Of a stretch of DNA of 64,000 nt, positions 62,491-64,000 are shown one piece after another (the first letter of the stretch is position 1; each line of letters begins with the position of its first letter). The notes under the pieces were generated by a model, which saw only the letters and a list, made by a program, of their open reading frames with translations, was not told the DNA's origin and did not search any database. The position numbers and the translations under genes were made by a program. Origin of the DNA: Candidatus Latescibacterota bacterium (GTDB lineage Bacteria; Krumholzibacteriota; Krumholzibacteriia; WVZY01); NCBI GenBank assembly GCA_963791045.1, contig CAWBQK010000010.1:1-64000 (forward strand), given 5' to 3'.

Positions 62491-63825
62491 TCATCGGATA
62501 ATAATCAATCGACCATACACCCAGTTGCCGCTCACTGATTCCAGTCTGAATATGTAGACCCCCGACGCCACTTCGTCACCCGCCAGGTTCCTCGTGTCCC
62601 ACTCAATGGTCCCGGGTCCATCGGTCTGGGAAAACTCCCACACCAGATCTCCCGCGGGGGTATATACCTTGAGCTGACACTCATCGGGGGTATTGACAAA
62701 GCGAACCTTGTTATCGGGATAGTTATGGTAATTTTCAGTCGTGTATTGCGATGATCCCGAACGGTACGGATTTGGAACCGCGTAGACTTCCGGCAGATCG
62801 CGCTGCGGATCCACCTTCGTCGTGACCGTCACTATCTCCAACGGACACGGATAAGGCGTGCCTTCGGTAACGGGACAGTGGTCAAATTTACTTAAACCCT
62901 GAGTCGTCGACCTGACATTGTAACCGCGATCGAAGGTTGTAACAATGTATTGATATGTAAACCCGTTGAAGGCGTTTCTGTCCACCCACCACAGCTCGTT
63001 GGGACCGAGCCGCCCGTTCGGGTGAATTTCCCGGATATCAATTGTCTCGCCAACGCCGGGAATTCCACCTGGATAGTCAAAGTAACCCCTCGTTCTCAAC
63101 GCTGGGATGATATCCGCATAATAAAGCGAATCAAACGCTGCGCCGCGGAACGCTTCTTCTTTTGACGTTTCTCCGATATTAATGAAGTCGTCACCATTGT
63201 CACTGATACCCCGAAACACGTGGTTGCCCTCAAAATCCTCGACACCCAGGATAAAGATACCGTTACTGTCCACGAGCCCTTCGGTAAATGAAATCGTAAA
63301 TCCAAGATCGAGCGTGGAACCGTCGTTCGTATTTCTTAAAATACATTCGATGGGCGCCCCGGCCGTATAGGCGGCGCCAATATCCACTGTATTCGTCAAA
63401 AATTCGAACCCAATAATATCATAACGAATCCGGATATCCGGCCGTTCCAGTCCGCTGATGCCCACGCGGCCGCTGTTCTGGACGGTAAACCTGATGGTCC
63501 TGTCCACCGATCCGGAATACACACCACCGGAAACGGGTGTGGACAGGCTGTCCTGCGGGTGGGGGGAATTCTTTGCGCGCCATCCCGTGGTATCCGGAGT
63601 GTGAATCAGAGTGCCGATGTCATCCGGGATGTCCTCCCAGAAAACATGGTTGGCAAACGAGCTCCGGTCGTCATTCATCTTGGTGATGACATAAACATTC
63701 GCTGGCGCAACGAGTTGAAGGGTATCCGCCGCCGCCTGCGCGTGAGATTTCGCCGGCACGAGGCACAGGCAAAACGCCAGAAATAAATATACGACCCCAA
63801 TAGCCCTCAGGCTCTTCATCATCAC
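62491..63825 (-). CDS. Secreted protein with FlgD-Ig/T9SS-like C-terminal domain
   Basis: AGGAGG RBS, signal peptide, and C-terminal 'VPNPY..VRF..LKVYTPAGDLV..WDTRN..G..VASGVYIF'. Confidence 0.8.
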   Translation of the reverse strand: MMMKSLRAIGVVYLFLAFCLCLVPAKSHAQAAADTLQLVAPANVYVITKMNDDRSSFANHVFWEDIPDDIGTLIHTPDTTGWRAKNSPHPQDSLSTPVSGGVYSGSVDRTIRFTVQNSGRVGISGLERPDIRIRYDIIGFEFLTNTVDIGAAYTAGAPIECILRNTNDGSTLDLGFTISFTEGLVDSNGIFILGVEDFEGNHVFRGISDNGDDFINIGETSKEEAFRGAAFDSLYYADIIPALRTRGYFDYPGGIPGVGETIDIREIHPNGRLGPNELWWVDRNAFNGFTYQYIVTTFDRGYNVRSTTQGLSKFDHCPVTEGTPYPCPLEIVTVTTKVDPQRDLPEVYAVPNPYRSGSSQYTTENYHNYPDNKVRFVNTPDECQLKVYTPAGDLVWEFSQTDGPGTIEWDTRNLAGDEVASGVYIFRLESVSGNWVYGRLIIIR

Positions 63826-64000
63826 AGCTATTGTCCTCCTGTTGCGCTTAATTACGCGGCAATTGCCACTCGTCGAACAGAATAATATCCATTGCCTGCT
63901 TCACTTGAGACGGAGTGAAATATACAGGATGGAACCCGAATACGGCGCTCCGCGCCGCGACACCGCCCGCATCCGGGACGCGTTCTTCGAAAACAGTTGT

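Noticed and set aside
63929-64000. Possible start of a divergent plus-strand gene (ATG GAA CCC...)
   Set aside because: Only about 24 codons fall inside the window, too few to support.

Overview
The window looks like two different genomes joined at about 11.55-11.6 kb. Segment 1 (1 to ~11.55 kb) is dense in frameshifts that are probably long-read indels and has Chloroflexota-like content. It holds a Pro/Thr-rich secreted membrane-anchored protein, a CelD/BcsL-type GNAT, a zinc-ribbon protein, a methyltransferase, cobS, a [2Fe-2S] ferredoxin, pduO under a cobalamin riboswitch, a MATE transporter and amino-acid ABC genes. Segment 2 (~11.6-64 kb) is a cleaner, GC-richer diderm genome with FCB-superphylum hallmarks: LPS genes, five proteins with FlgD-Ig/T9SS-like C-terminal domains, and PorV-like barrels. 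It carries housekeeping genes (GT9, waaA, tsaC, purE, purD, a larA homologue, arcC, an aminotransferase, ppdK) and two uncharacterised envelope loci. The first is a ~20 kb tightly coupled operon (47.2 to 27.2 kb, minus strand) with a sigma54-type promoter. It encodes a ~3,400-aa invasin/Ig-repeat surface protein, a PorV-like barrel fused to a TPR tail, and a ~1,550-aa inner-membrane protein. That protein fuses an RsbW-like kinase, HAMP, a SpoIIE/PP2C phosphatase, a transposase-like double HTH and three STAS domains. ParA, a small RHH partner, a TPR protein and two STAS proteins follow. This is my best candidate for an undescribed trans-envelope signalling and positioning system. The second locus is a SusC/D-independent CBM48 lipoprotein and outer-membrane barrel cluster (47.6-54.5 kb). 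No rRNA, tRNA, CRISPR array or intact transposon was seen. All assignments come from motif recognition by eye; no searches were run.
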